From: a virus
Lineage: Duplodnaviria; Heunggongvirae; Uroviricota; Caudoviricetes
Strand: one strand, 5' to 3'
Length of the DNA: 64,000 bases
Virus record (IMG/VR): IMGVR_UViG_3300031087_000527
Location: 81,384 to 145,383 of that record
The position numbers were made by a program, and so were the translations under genes. Positions 49,937 through 60,317 of the stretch are shown here, piece by piece (the stretch's first letter is position 1; each line of letters starts with the position of its first letter). A model generated the notes under the pieces. That model was not told the origin of the DNA. It ran no database searches and worked only from the letters and a program-made list of their open reading frames with translations.

Positions 49937-50326
49937 ATGACGCAGATTACAGTTCCACACATTAAGACCATTGAGTCAGTGAAAGAGTTTGAGAAGATTT
50001 TTACCAAGGCTTTTGGTTATTCTGATTTTCACGCATCCAAATGGTGGAGTTTGGGTGGTGCCTCTGGTGGGGATTGTTATGGTAGCGTGGCGCAAGCGTA
50101 CTCTGGAGATGATGACCCCGATCCACAGTTAGAAGATCGCGTGTTTAAAATCATGACTGCCTTTTGGCCTGACATGACGATTACCGAGTTTAGCCAGCTT
50201 CGTGAAGAAAAAGGGTTTTTGAAGTTGAAAGTTGAGGATGGTGGTAGTGATTATTATAACAACTTTTCGACCAGTGCGTCTGTGTCTGCAGACTTCAAAG
50301 ATTTTTACGCATTTGCTCACCGTTAA
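49937..50326 (+). CDS. Hypothetical protein
   Basis: GGAG RBS; WSLGGASGGDCY motif. Confidence 0.75.
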   Translation: MTQITVPHIKTIESVKEFEKIFTKAFGYSDFHASKWWSLGGASGGDCYGSVAQAYSGDDDPDPQLEDRVFKIMTAFWPDMTITEFSQLREEKGFLKLKVEDGGSDYYNNFSTSASVSADFKDFYAFAHR

Positions 50327-50364
50327 ATAAGGGCGCTTCGGCGCTCTTTTATATTTTAAAGAGG

Positions 50365-50664
50365 ATGAATATGAAACTGATTGTAATTCCTTCTGAGAAG
50401 GCTCTGTTTGAGCATGAATACCGCATGGATGCCTGTGAGTTAGGTCTTTATAAAGAAAGCGATGTAGACGCCATTAAAGGCGTTGTATTTGAAGACACCC
50501 GTAAGTGTATCGGTTACCTGCCAATCTTCTATTATGACAGCGATGGCTACATCTCAGGATTCGAAGGCTGGGGTGGCGATGATGAGGTTGATTTCGGCGT
50601 TTTGCCAGAAAGTGTTTGCATTGATGATAAAGGTATTATTGAGTTTCCACCTTCCATGATTTAA
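50365..50664 (+). CDS. Hypothetical protein
   Basis: GAGGA RBS. Confidence 0.75.
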   Translation: MNMKLIVIPSEKALFEHEYRMDACELGLYKESDVDAIKGVVFEDTRKCIGYLPIFYYDSDGYISGFEGWGGDDEVDFGVLPESVCIDDKGIIEFPPSMI

Positions 50665-50740
50665 TAAAGACAACAAATAAGTAGCTTTGTTGCTCTGGAG
50701 TTGTTATAATGCCTCATACCGAAACGATGAGGCATTTTCT

Positions 50741-51424
50741 ATGAGTCAGACGCATGTTTTCACACTCTCAGGCTTGGGCCAGTCACCTTTTTACCTGCAT
50801 AATCCGGTTGGTCAGGAAATCGCAGATACTGCAGGTGTTTTCTTCTGTGAGCATTGTGGCACTGTGTTAAAAAATCGTCATTTCATCAAGTCTTCAGATG
50901 GTAAAGTGTCTGTAGTGGGTATTGATTGCCTGAATAAGAGCGGAGACAATGGTCTTATTGATGCGTTCAAGGAACAGCAGCGTAAAGCTAAGCAGGAAGC
51001 ACGTATTAATCATATTGAAGCAAAGCAAGCTGAACATAAAGACCGTGAGATTGCGCGTTTTGGTGAAACAGTGGATGTTCTGGTTGGAAGCCTCAACAAA
51101 GAAGCTGAGGTGCTCACAGCAGAAATTGAAAATGAGCTTGAGATTTCAGCAGTGGGTGGGATGCTTTCAAAAAGCAATTTCGGTCAGTCTATGCTGAGAA
51201 ATATGGCTTGTGGCGAAAAGCTGTCAGGGAACATGATTGCGGTTATCAAAGAAATTATTACCAAAGATGTGTCTGGTTCCAAGAAAAACAGTAAAGCATA
51301 TAAAGAAGCGATTCCTGTTGCTGAGCAGATGTTTGATGATCTGATGAAAAGCATTGGTGCTAAATCAGAGAAATTGGCAGAACTGAAAGCCAGAAGGATT
51401 GAGCTACTGAATACACGAGTATAA
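50741..51424 (+). CDS. Hypothetical protein with Cys/His Zn-ribbon-like motif
   Basis: GAGG RBS; FCEHCG...H...VGIDC. Confidence 0.8.
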   Translation: MSQTHVFTLSGLGQSPFYLHNPVGQEIADTAGVFFCEHCGTVLKNRHFIKSSDGKVSVVGIDCLNKSGDNGLIDAFKEQQRKAKQEARINHIEAKQAEHKDREIARFGETVDVLVGSLNKEAEVLTAEIENELEISAVGGMLSKSNFGQSMLRNMACGEKLSGNMIAVIKEIITKDVSGSKKNSKAYKEAIPVAEQMFDDLMKSIGAKSEKLAELKARRIELLNTRV

Positions 51425-51452
51425 AAGAGAAACCGCCCGGAGGCGGTTTTTT

Positions 51453-52370
51453 TTATGTGTTCAATGTGCTATTTATCAGAGCCTGCGTCTCTGTGTCGAT
51501 GATAAGGCCAAGACTTATCCAGCTATCAATTTTTCTTTGGTAGTAAGGACGGATACGATCCATAATAGAAGAGTATTCATCGATATCGATAAAGAGGTGC
51601 TGAATCAGATTATGACCTTTATTATTTTGAGCATTAATATCTACGCCAAGCAGAGAGATGGCTGGATAAAGGCTTTCGTTATGATGGTAGGCTCTTTGAA
51701 AAAAGAGATTGTTTCCATCTTGGTCGATTTGTAAAGGATCAACACCAAGAGAAACGTAGAAAGCTATAATTTCTTCTGAGTCAGCGCAAGACAGAACATT
51801 GCGGCCTTCGTTATCAATCTGGTGTGGGTTTGCGCCTGCAGCAATAAGACGCTTAACATCATTTAAAGACAAACCATGATAAAAAAGTATATTTTGACCA
51901 AACTCGTTTATAGATGAGGTGTCGATACCCTTATCCAAAAGATAATCAAAACTCTCATAGGCTTCATAATGCATGCGGTCAAAAAGGACGTTCTGACCGT
52001 ATTTGTCTACGACATTAATATTGATTCCTGCCTCGACTAACGCTTCAGTATAAATAAGCGAGTTGCAGGCAAACAACGCGTTTTGCCCATGCTCGTCAAC
52101 CGCGTTGAGGTCGGCACCGTTATCGATGAGAATGCGCATTTTATCATAGTTGTCGTAAGGGAATCTTACGGAAAACATGAGAGGTGTGAAGCCTTGTTTG
52201 CTCTGATGGTTAACATCTAGGCCTTGCTTAATCAGAAATGAGATAACAGCAGGATCTTCGCAAAAGAAAAGTGCAGTGAATCCATTATCATCAACATGGT
52301 GGATTTTGTCGAGGTTGTTTTGGGCATCTGAAAGAGTTTTGAAAATAAGCGCTTTGTTGGCTTTTATCAT
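51453..52370 (-). CDS. Ankyrin-repeat protein
   Basis: Repeats GFTALF, GFTPLM, GQNALF, GQNVLF, GQNILF, GRNVLS, GNNLFF, GHNLIQ with LIDNGADLN-type linkers. Confidence 0.88.
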   Translation of the reverse strand: MIKANKALIFKTLSDAQNNLDKIHHVDDNGFTALFFCEDPAVISFLIKQGLDVNHQSKQGFTPLMFSVRFPYDNYDKMRILIDNGADLNAVDEHGQNALFACNSLIYTEALVEAGININVVDKYGQNVLFDRMHYEAYESFDYLLDKGIDTSSINEFGQNILFYHGLSLNDVKRLIAAGANPHQIDNEGRNVLSCADSEEIIAFYVSLGVDPLQIDQDGNNLFFQRAYHHNESLYPAISLLGVDINAQNNKGHNLIQHLFIDIDEYSSIMDRIRPYYQRKIDSWISLGLIIDTETQALINSTLNT

Positions 52371-52568
52371 GGAAATAGAGAATCCTATATTATGGCCTGC
52401 TCAAGTCAGGATATTTCATAATACATAATACGAAATGATAAATCAAATTATTTTTGATATTGGTTAGAAAAGCGTGTTTTATCTTACCAGCATGAAATGC
52501 TGATAATTGATTTTATGTGAAAATAGCAGTATAAATAAATAAATAATTAAAATAAATAAGGAATAGAT

Positions 52569-53402
52569 ATGACTGAAATATGTAATGTTGCCGCAAGATT
52601 AAAAAACGGTCAGGTTGTATGTGCTGAAGTTGAGCTTCCTGATCTTTTTAGATTGTGTTTTGATGAGTCTGACTTTTTAGATATGATGAGATGTTGTTCA
52701 GAGAGTGAGGGCTGGAAGTTTGACTTAGAAACGCATAAGCCTTCATCAATAGTCCCTTCTGGAGCAGGCGTTGTGTTTTATGATTATAAAAATAAAAAAC
52801 TGTTTTCAGCTCAGGATTATTTTATTGCGTCTAAGTTTCCTTTGCTGAGTCTGTCATCAGACACTTTATTTTCAGAATATATTAAAGAAAAAGATGAGCA
52901 AAGTAAAAAAGAGTTATACAGCAATCTTTCCCATTATATATGTGGTGAAAAAACTTTGATTATTGAAGACAAAATAATTAAAGAACTTGATAAAAAATAT
53001 AAGATATATGGTAAAACGTTTTATGATTTATTTGATGATATCCATTCTTATGCTTTTGATGATGAGCGGTCAGAATATCTTTATTCAATGTTTAAAAAAA
53101 TAAATGATAAAAAAGGCTTTAAAAACAGAATTAGTGGTGAAAAAATTTATTTTAATAAAGGTAATATTTTTAAAGATGTTTACTCTTTATTTATTGATGA
53201 TAAAACTATATCAGGTAAACCAATAAAAGAATTAAATAGTGATTACTATTATTTGGATGTTGATTACGAAGACTGGGAAACTCATGAGGTTGCACGTAAT
53301 CTGGATAGTTATTATGCATTAAGAGAATATTTGATTTCAGAAAATCTTATAAACTCAGAAGATAAAAAAGAATGGGATGATTTTCTTAATGAAAGAGAGT
53401 AA
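52569..53402 (+). CDS. AT-rich hypothetical protein
   Basis: AAGGA RBS; long ORF. Confidence 0.75.
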   Translation: MTEICNVAARLKNGQVVCAEVELPDLFRLCFDESDFLDMMRCCSESEGWKFDLETHKPSSIVPSGAGVVFYDYKNKKLFSAQDYFIASKFPLLSLSSDTLFSEYIKEKDEQSKKELYSNLSHYICGEKTLIIEDKIIKELDKKYKIYGKTFYDLFDDIHSYAFDDERSEYLYSMFKKINDKKGFKNRISGEKIYFNKGNIFKDVYSLFIDDKTISGKPIKELNSDYYYLDVDYEDWETHEVARNLDSYYALREYLISENLINSEDKKEWDDFLNERE

Positions 53403-53438
53403 TAACAAAGGAGCTTAGGCTCCTTTGTTATTTAAATA

Positions 53439-54383
53439 TTAAGAGATTTTATTTTTAAGTTTTTCTATACGTGTTTTCGCCATGCTGAGTAAAAGCCGTT
53501 TTTCTGTCTCTGTTTTGAATCCATGATAGAGATAAGCGATACTGTTCTTCTCACTTTCAGCAGGCTGTGGAATATCAGAGAGCGCCTGAGTAATAACAGG
53601 ATCGTTGTCAAAAAGTCCTGCCTCAAAAAGATGAGTAAACCGATTATTAAACCTATCGATTTCATGGCTTGATTTTTCCGCATCCTTGAAGCGACTATTT
53701 TTAATGCGATTAGTTTGAATTCGAACAATCTGTTCAAAGTCAAATTGATTAATGTCCATATAAGAAAGCGTGCTGTCATAGTTAACAGAATAATTGCTGT
53801 AATGATGTTGAAGAAGTATTAGATTAAGAAAGTTTTGCTGATTAAGGCCTCTTGTGGTTAGTAATGCTTTAAACTCATCAAGAGATTCAGGGTAATTTGT
53901 TTTAACAAAATCCATGACAAAGGCGATAGGTTCAAAGCTGAAGTTAGCGATAAGATTGCTTAACAAAACTTTGAGATCATCAACAGGAGTGTCATTTTGA
54001 AGACTATTAACAATCAAGTCTTTAGGCGATATACTGCGAGTATACTTGATGGCATGGGCTACCACATCCATATAGTGAAGGTTAAAAATATGGACATTGC
54101 TGAGCCAACGATGCATGCGAAGCTTTAAGGGGTCTTCGCTTTCGTCTTTACCTGTTTCATCAAACAACAGGGCAATCTCAAGCTGTTCCAAATAGGCTTG
54201 CTTATTGATCTCGATGATAGCCAAGAGTTGAGCCTTAAGCGTCTCATCGGTAGTGCTTTGATAAAGGTCAAAGGTCTTCTCAGCACTTTTAATGATATAG
54301 TGCGGTGTTGATAAGAGATAGCGTTGAGTATCATTCCTCATCAAAGTATGCTCTTGTGATTGTTTCATGCTGATTCTGGTCAT
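53439..54383 (-). CDS. Hypothetical protein
   Basis: AAGGAG RBS on minus strand. Confidence 0.8.
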   Translation of the reverse strand: MTRISMKQSQEHTLMRNDTQRYLLSTPHYIIKSAEKTFDLYQSTTDETLKAQLLAIIEINKQAYLEQLEIALLFDETGKDESEDPLKLRMHRWLSNVHIFNLHYMDVVAHAIKYTRSISPKDLIVNSLQNDTPVDDLKVLLSNLIANFSFEPIAFVMDFVKTNYPESLDEFKALLTTRGLNQQNFLNLILLQHHYSNYSVNYDSTLSYMDINQFDFEQIVRIQTNRIKNSRFKDAEKSSHEIDRFNNRFTHLFEAGLFDNDPVITQALSDIPQPAESEKNSIAYLYHGFKTETEKRLLLSMAKTRIEKLKNKIS

Positions 54384-54532
54384 GTTATCTCCTTTTATAA
54401 TCTCTCGATTCTATCATAATGCTGGCTTAAAAGCGATATTTATTTAATGGGCTTATACTTACTAATCCGATAAAAAGATAGAGTTGGATAAGCCTATGTG
54501 ATATGATAGAGAAAACATTGAGAGGAAAAAAG

Positions 54533-54976
54533 ATGAGCTTTACGTATATTTTGAAAAGCGATACTTACGGTGAGATCGTGATGCGAGCCATAGCGGTGGT
54601 AGACCCGCGAGCGCTGAAGTTTAAGAACGAAGATGATTTACCTGCGATATTATATGATTATGCACCACGAGGTTATTTCTTTGATAAGCATCATGCCATT
54701 TATTCTTTCTTTAAACTGGAAGAGGGAAATCTAGGTAGTGCTGTAGTGTGTGTGGCTGTTCATGAGGATAATCTTGACTGGAAGCCACTGCCTGAGTCAA
54801 GTTATTATGAGACGTGGAAGAAACGAAAGAAAGCTAAGCCGCCTTTTGTGGTTTCTGAGGCGAACGTTAACAAGTGGCTTGAAAAAGTTGGTGATACTGC
54901 CTTACCTGAGTATTTTTTAAATGCTAAAAATATCGAAGAGGTAAGGGCTAACTTTAATAAGCATTACGATCTGTAA
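54533..54976 (+). CDS. Hypothetical protein
   Basis: GAGGA RBS before ATG 54533. Confidence 0.75.
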   Translation: MSFTYILKSDTYGEIVMRAIAVVDPRALKFKNEDDLPAILYDYAPRGYFFDKHHAIYSFFKLEEGNLGSAVVCVAVHEDNLDWKPLPESSYYETWKKRKKAKPPFVVSEANVNKWLEKVGDTALPEYFLNAKNIEEVRANFNKHYDL

Positions 54977-55271
54977 TAAAAGACTGGTAAAGGTTTTTAC
55001 TTTTGAGAATAAACCTTAGTATACTGATATTTTAAAACTCAAAAATGAGGTGAACTATGTTTTTCAAACTTAAGCCCGTTTATAGTGAGATGGATTTGGG
55101 ACTTGTTGGTGGAGAAGGCACGTTGTCAAGTAGTGGTTATAGTCTTTACGATTGGTTAAACGAAAAAGACGAAGAAAGCGAAGACGACTGATTTCAAGAA
55201 GGCCTGTTAGGGCCTTTTATTTTAATGAATAAAGCCTGAGTAGGCTTAACGCTGTAAATGCGCCTCATTTT

Positions 55272-55670
55272 TTAAACAAAATTCTCTATTTCTGTTATTC
55301 CTTTGGCTAATACATTAAAGTCATCAGCTTTCGGATAGCCATGTTCTTCACAGAAACTGACAAGCATATCATATTCGCCATCAATGTAATCCGAAGATTC
55401 ATAGCCTCTGAGACCAACTTTATCTTTGGCATGAGCTTCAAAGTTTACATGAGTAAAAATAATCTCTTCGTCAGAGCATTGAGCTAAACTACAGACTTTT
55501 TTGACAAACTTCCTTTTAATGAGTTCAGCAAAGAGATCATCATCATCGCCTAAGACAAGCATAATTTTACCATTACAAGAAACAACAGCATAGCGACAAT
55601 CGTATAAATAGAATATTTCAACCACACATTTTTCTTTAATGCCTAATACTTTTTCACTAATAGTGTTCAT
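55272..55670 (-). CDS. Hypothetical protein
   Basis: GAGGA RBS on minus strand. Confidence 0.75.
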   Translation of the reverse strand: MNTISEKVLGIKEKCVVEIFYLYDCRYAVVSCNGKIMLVLGDDDDLFAELIKRKFVKKVCSLAQCSDEEIIFTHVNFEAHAKDKVGLRGYESSDYIDGEYDMLVSFCEEHGYPKADDFNVLAKGITEIENFV

Positions 55671-55718
55671 ACACAATCCTCGTTTATAACATTCGAGTAA
55701 TAATAGTATAAAAGAGGA

Positions 55719-56228
55719 TTAAAGGTAAAATTTATTTAACTCTGCAATTTCCCTATCAAAAATAGCTTTAGCTTTTGCTTCGAGTATTGGTGTGATTTCT
55801 CGATCAACACGTTTTTTAATGCTGGGCCAATAAAGGCGTGAAAGTTCCATTCTGCTGTTCTCTGACTTAGCATAATAAATGAAACTACTCAGCAAAAGAC
55901 AGTTTGTATTGCTTCCTTTTACTTCTCCAAAGAATAAGGCGTATATGAAAGCGCCAAAGAAAAAAAGTATCGCTAATAAAAAGATTACAGTGGCTTTTTG
56001 TTCATAATAATCATTGTCTTTAGTATAATAGCTTGGTGGAAAGGCGGATCTTAAAATCCGAATAAAAGCCATTTTTTCATATAAAGGGCCATTCTTTTCG
56101 AAAAAAATCTCATCAATCCCTTCTTTATCAGCTTTATCCAAAACATAAGGCAAGAAGTTATCATTTTCCTTTATTCGATAGTTTTTCCTTATGTGATATT
56201 CTACTTCTTCACGTGTGAAATATTTCAT
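55719..56228 (-). CDS. AT-rich membrane protein
   Basis: AAGGAG RBS; central TM. Confidence 0.7.
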   Translation of the reverse strand: MKYFTREEVEYHIRKNYRIKENDNFLPYVLDKADKEGIDEIFFEKNGPLYEKMAFIRILRSAFPPSYYTKDNDYYEQKATVIFLLAILFFFGAFIYALFFGEVKGSNTNCLLLSSFIYYAKSENSRMELSRLYWPSIKKRVDREITPILEAKAKAIFDREIAELNKFYL

Positions 56229-56486
56229 AAAATCTCCTTTTAAATGTTTTCTTTATTGATAGGAGATAAAAAAGTAATGTCAAACAACACCAGATAAATG
56301 AAAAATCCGATAAAAAGATAAAATATCATCACAATTTGTGCAAAAATGATACTATTTTGTCACAATGTGCTTCTTTTCCAAGAAACAAGAAAAACCTTTT
56401 GTCTAAGACTAAGGGATTACGTATACTTCTCATCGTTGTCAGGAAGTGTAAATAAACATACTATTAATCGTTAAAAAGGAAAATTT

Positions 56487-57614
56487 ATGAAGTCGAAGAA
56501 TATGTTAATCAAGTCAGTCCTACTGTTGCTGCCACTGAGTTTTGCCTCTCATGCTCAGACTTCTGTATATGTATCAAACTCTGATTCAGGTCATATCTCG
56601 CATTACACTCTGAATGAAAAAAGCGGATCGCTGTCTCTGGTTAATGAGATTGACGCGGGTAAAAAAGCAATGCCGACAGTAGTTAGTCCTGATAAAAAGC
56701 ATTTATATGCTGCGGTTCGCCAAAAACCTTACAGTATTGTTTCATGGGATATCGATGCTAAGACAGGTTCTGTATCAAATAAAACGGTAAACCCGATTGA
56801 TACCTCATATGCTTATATTGCTCTGGATAAATCCGGCAAATATCTGCTGGGTGCCTCATACGATAAAGACGTGGTGGAAAGCTATGCGGTTAATGGCCTG
56901 AAGCTGTCAGAGAAGCCTGTAGATGTTTATCATGCTGGCCCTCATGCGCATTCCGTTATTGTGGACAACACTAACAAATCACTGTATGTGGGCAATCTTG
57001 GCACAGATAAGGTTCTGCAGCTAAACCTGAGCAAAGATGGTAAGATTTCACCTATCGGCAATGGCTTTGCGGAGACAGCGAAAGATAATGGCCCTCGTCA
57101 TTCCGTGATTTCTCCTGATAACCGTTTCGTCTATAATATTGGTGAGATGGGTGGTATTGTGACGCAGTTTGAGCGCAAAGCTGATGGCTCACTGGTAAAA
57201 GTTTCTGAGTTTGCCTCACCTGTAGCAGAAAGTTATAAACTGGAGCATGGTAAAGAGCGTCCGGCTGGTTATAGCGATCCCACTCCACGTATTTGGGCAT
57301 CTGATCTGAAAATTACGCCTAATGGTAAATGGCTGTATGTTGCAGAGCGCACCAGTAGCACTGTAGCGGGTTATAAAGTTGATAAGGCGACAGGCAAGCT
57401 GACCCTGATTAACGTGTGGAAAACTGAGAAACAGCCTCGTGGGATTGCGATTGATCCTGAAGGTAAGTTCCTGATTACCACAGGCGAGAAAAGCGGTTAT
57501 ATCAGCAGCTATGCGATTGGTAAAGATGGTTGGCTGAAAGAAGCTTCTCGTGTTCCGGCTGGTAAAGATACCGCTGTAAATGATGCAAACTGGATTTCAA
57601 TCGTTAAGTTTTAA
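56487..57614 (+). CDS. Secreted 7-bladed beta-propeller lactonase (6-phosphogluconolactonase family)
   Basis: Signal peptide; HAGPHAHS, GPRH, YNIGE, WLYVAER, TEKQPRGIAIDP. Confidence 0.88.
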   Translation: MKSKNMLIKSVLLLLPLSFASHAQTSVYVSNSDSGHISHYTLNEKSGSLSLVNEIDAGKKAMPTVVSPDKKHLYAAVRQKPYSIVSWDIDAKTGSVSNKTVNPIDTSYAYIALDKSGKYLLGASYDKDVVESYAVNGLKLSEKPVDVYHAGPHAHSVIVDNTNKSLYVGNLGTDKVLQLNLSKDGKISPIGNGFAETAKDNGPRHSVISPDNRFVYNIGEMGGIVTQFERKADGSLVKVSEFASPVAESYKLEHGKERPAGYSDPTPRIWASDLKITPNGKWLYVAERTSSTVAGYKVDKATGKLTLINVWKTEKQPRGIAIDPEGKFLITTGEKSGYISSYAIGKDGWLKEASRVPAGKDTAVNDANWISIVKF

Positions 57615-57720
57615 TCCCGCGCTGAGCGGAAGAAAGGCATCCTTCGGGATGCTTTTTTTATAGAAAAAATAGCTTGCATTAGTCGTCTGGTCATGCAATA
57701 ATCGGGTTATTGACAACATA

Positions 57721-58815
57721 ATGGTGAATATAATGAATATTAATGATAACGATACTGTTCTGACATTTGGTTTTACGGCGGGTGCGCTGTTTGACATGAA
57801 AGAAGCAGAAGCAGTATTTGAGTCGCATTCGGAAGAAGATCGCCTGTCGGCATACAATGAGTATTTTGCTCAGATGAATGCTGAGGGTAAAGTATTTAAG
57901 CCCGGCCCGGCACTTGGTTTTTATATTTCCCTGATCAAGCTGCGTAATAGCCGTAAGGTTCCATGTGATGTGGCTAAGTTCCGTTTTGGCATGAGCGCAC
58001 GTTTTGACACTAACCATGCGGGTGCGATTACCCTGATGAACAGTATTGATCATTACCTGTTAGATGAAGTGAATGATTTCGTTCCAGACTATATCTCATG
58101 GACGGGTGGGCTTGAGCAGGCATCTTCTCATAAGATGCAGGGCGCTGATGTGGTGTTTACCTCGTCTGATGCTTCTGCGAAGGAATATCATAAGCGTGGC
58201 GTGGCGGCGGTTCACATTCAGAATATCAGTGAAATCCAGAACATGAAGATGTTCAACAACCGCGACAACAAAATCAACTTTATCTGTGACTTTGATGGTG
58301 TGATTGTCGATCCTACCTCAGAGATGGTTTATCAAGCGGCAAAGCAGATTAAAGGTCTGGAGCCTCTGGAAGAGTTTCGTCTCAATGAGATTAAACATCG
58401 CCATACTCCTATGGAGCTTGGCCCATTAGGTGTTGTGGTTCAGAAACTGAGTCGTGTTGTGGCATATTTCAATAAGAAGATGCTGGCAAACGAAATCAAG
58501 GCAAATGATATCCCATTAGCGACAACGATTTTAACGGCTCGCGGTGGTGCGGCTTCTATGCGTATTGTTAAGACAATGGCGCATCATAACATTCAGGTGA
58601 CCCGTGCGGACTTCGCTGATGGTCGGCCTAAGCATATTGCGCTGTCTATGCTTGATGAAAGCCATATTAACCTGTTCCTTGAGGATTCTTTGGTTCATGT
58701 GGATGGCGCACGTAATAACGTATCTCATGTTCTGGCAGGTTTGGTCTTCAATGACTTTACTTCCGGTGATATGTCTCTGAACGGGGCAGTAGAGCAGCTT
58801 CGGGCGCGAGCCTAA
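57721..58815 (+). CDS. 5'-nucleotidase (HAD-related bacterial family)
   Basis: AGALFD...CDFDGVIVD.TSE.VYQ...GPL...TARGG...GRPK...FLED. Confidence 0.8.
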   Translation: MVNIMNINDNDTVLTFGFTAGALFDMKEAEAVFESHSEEDRLSAYNEYFAQMNAEGKVFKPGPALGFYISLIKLRNSRKVPCDVAKFRFGMSARFDTNHAGAITLMNSIDHYLLDEVNDFVPDYISWTGGLEQASSHKMQGADVVFTSSDASAKEYHKRGVAAVHIQNISEIQNMKMFNNRDNKINFICDFDGVIVDPTSEMVYQAAKQIKGLEPLEEFRLNEIKHRHTPMELGPLGVVVQKLSRVVAYFNKKMLANEIKANDIPLATTILTARGGAASMRIVKTMAHHNIQVTRADFADGRPKHIALSMLDESHINLFLEDSLVHVDGARNNVSHVLAGLVFNDFTSGDMSLNGAVEQLRARA

Positions 58816-58938
58816 TAAGTAAAAATCTGACAAGCCACCTTCGGGTGGTTTTTTGTTTATAAAACATTAAAATGTTGTCTCTGATCATAGATTTAAGGTA
58901 TAATAACGTTATTAAATCGAATGGATAAGGATAGAGAA

Positions 58939-59487
58939 ATGAGTTTATATGTGTATATTGGTCGTTTTCAGATTCCACACTTTGGACACGCGAGTGTAAT
59001 GAAACATGCCTTAGAAAAAGGTGATAAAGTATTGATTCTGATCGGCAGTGCGAATACTGAGCGCAGTCGTAAAAACCCGTTTTCTTTTGAAGAGCGTCGG
59101 GAGATGGTGGAAGGTGTGATTGCTGGATTAAAAGAGGAAACAGGGCGAGATATTACTGTTGATATTCTGCCTCTGAATGATTTTGAAAGCGATCAGGCGT
59201 GGGTTGATGAAGTTAAGCGTTTGGTTCCGCAGGAAGCTGATACGTTTATTACAGGCTGTCGCAAGTCGGGTGATGAGAGCACTTTCTATCTTAACTTGTT
59301 CCCTGAGTGGAAAGAAGATTTCATCGTTGAGGTTAACGTTGAAGGCATGGATGTTATCAGCAGCACAAAAGTCCGTGAGTTGTTTTATAAAGGTGAGGCA
59401 ATTCCTGATGTGGTTGCGTTATCTACCAAAACATTTCTGGAACGATTTCGTGTCGGTAATGGTGATATCTTAGCGTCATTATCGTAA
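58939..59487 (+). CDS. Nicotinamide-nucleotide adenylyltransferase (NadM-like)
   Basis: YIGRFQIPHFGH, IGSAN...KNPFSFEERREMV, SSTKVRE; no Nudix fusion. Confidence 0.85.
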   Translation: MSLYVYIGRFQIPHFGHASVMKHALEKGDKVLILIGSANTERSRKNPFSFEERREMVEGVIAGLKEETGRDITVDILPLNDFESDQAWVDEVKRLVPQEADTFITGCRKSGDESTFYLNLFPEWKEDFIVEVNVEGMDVISSTKVRELFYKGEAIPDVVALSTKTFLERFRVGNGDILASLS

Positions 59488-59672
59488 TAAAACATGGCCT
59501 GCTTGCTGTTTTTGGTGGTAAAACAGGCAGGCTTTATAAAATATGTGCAAAAAGCGATCAGTTGATTAAAATAGTGAAAAAAAGAGTTGTACTTGATGAT
59601 CGGATAGCGTATTATTCTCTACATCGAAACGAGAGATAGTTTTTAAAAATCAAAACGTTGAGATAAAAAATA

Positions 59673-59701
59673 TTGTACGGATAAGTGAAATAGAGTAGAA
59701 T
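59673..59701 (+). promoter_or_regulatory. tRNA promoter
   Basis: TTGTAC-N17-TAGAAT, 8 nt upstream of tRNA-Arg. Confidence 0.8.
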
Positions 59702-59709
59702 AAAACAAT

Positions 59710-59786
<77 letters not shown>

Positions 59787-59805
59787 CTTTTACTAAGGAG
59801 TTATT

Positions 59806-59967
59806 ATGTGTGCTGATAGTTGGTCTTTAGAAAAAGGTGAGGTTGCTGATGGTGTATGTCCTGATTGTGAAATGGATACACTTGATGGATATGCTGTGGA
59901 GGGATGTAATTATTCTCCGGTTGTATGTGAAACGTGCGGACATGCTCCGTGTGATGCTTCTTGTTAG
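59806..59967 (+). CDS. Cys-rich mini-protein (53 aa)
   Basis: AAGGAG RBS; CPDC, CETC and additional Cys. Confidence 0.7.
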   Translation: MCADSWSLEKGEVADGVCPDCEMDTLDGYAVEGCNYSPVVCETCGHAPCDASC

Positions 59968-59972
59968 TGAAA

Positions 59973-60048
59973 GGCCCCTTAGCTCAGTGGTTAGAGCAGG
60001 CGACTCATAATCGCTTGGCCGTTGGTTCAAGTCCAACAGGGGCCACCA
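59973..60048 (+). tRNA. tRNA(CAU), Ile2 (ileX-like)
   Basis: GGCCCCT acceptor, GGCGA-CTCATAA-TCGCT arm, nearly the enterobacterial ileX sequence as I recall it. Confidence 0.92.
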
Positions 60049-60130
60049 ACACTTCATATTCTCCTATGTGGGTGTTCTTTACTGCTTGTGTTAAAAAATA
60101 AGTAAAGGAAGCTGGTTAACTTCCTTTTAT

Positions 60131-60216
60131 GCCTCAGTGGTGAAATCGGTAGACACAAGGGATTTAAAATCCCTCGGCTTATGGCTGTACCAGTTCGAGT
60201 CTGGTCTGAGGCACCA
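60131..60216 (+). tRNA. tRNA-Leu(UAA)
   Basis: Type II body, loop TTTAAAA, long variable arm, CCA. Confidence 0.93.
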
Positions 60217-60244
60217 AAAAAGCAATAAAAAGTTGAAAAAAGAG

Positions 60245-60273
60245 TTGTGCATCATGATAGAGTTTGATATGAT
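60245..60273 (+). promoter_or_regulatory. Promoter of distal tRNA/tRNA-like cluster
   Basis: TTGTGC-N17-TATGAT; related to promoters at 59588 and 62960. Confidence 0.75.
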
Positions 60274-60317
60274 GATGTTCTTGATGTGAAGCAGTAAATA
60301 GTTGATTTAAAAGTAAT

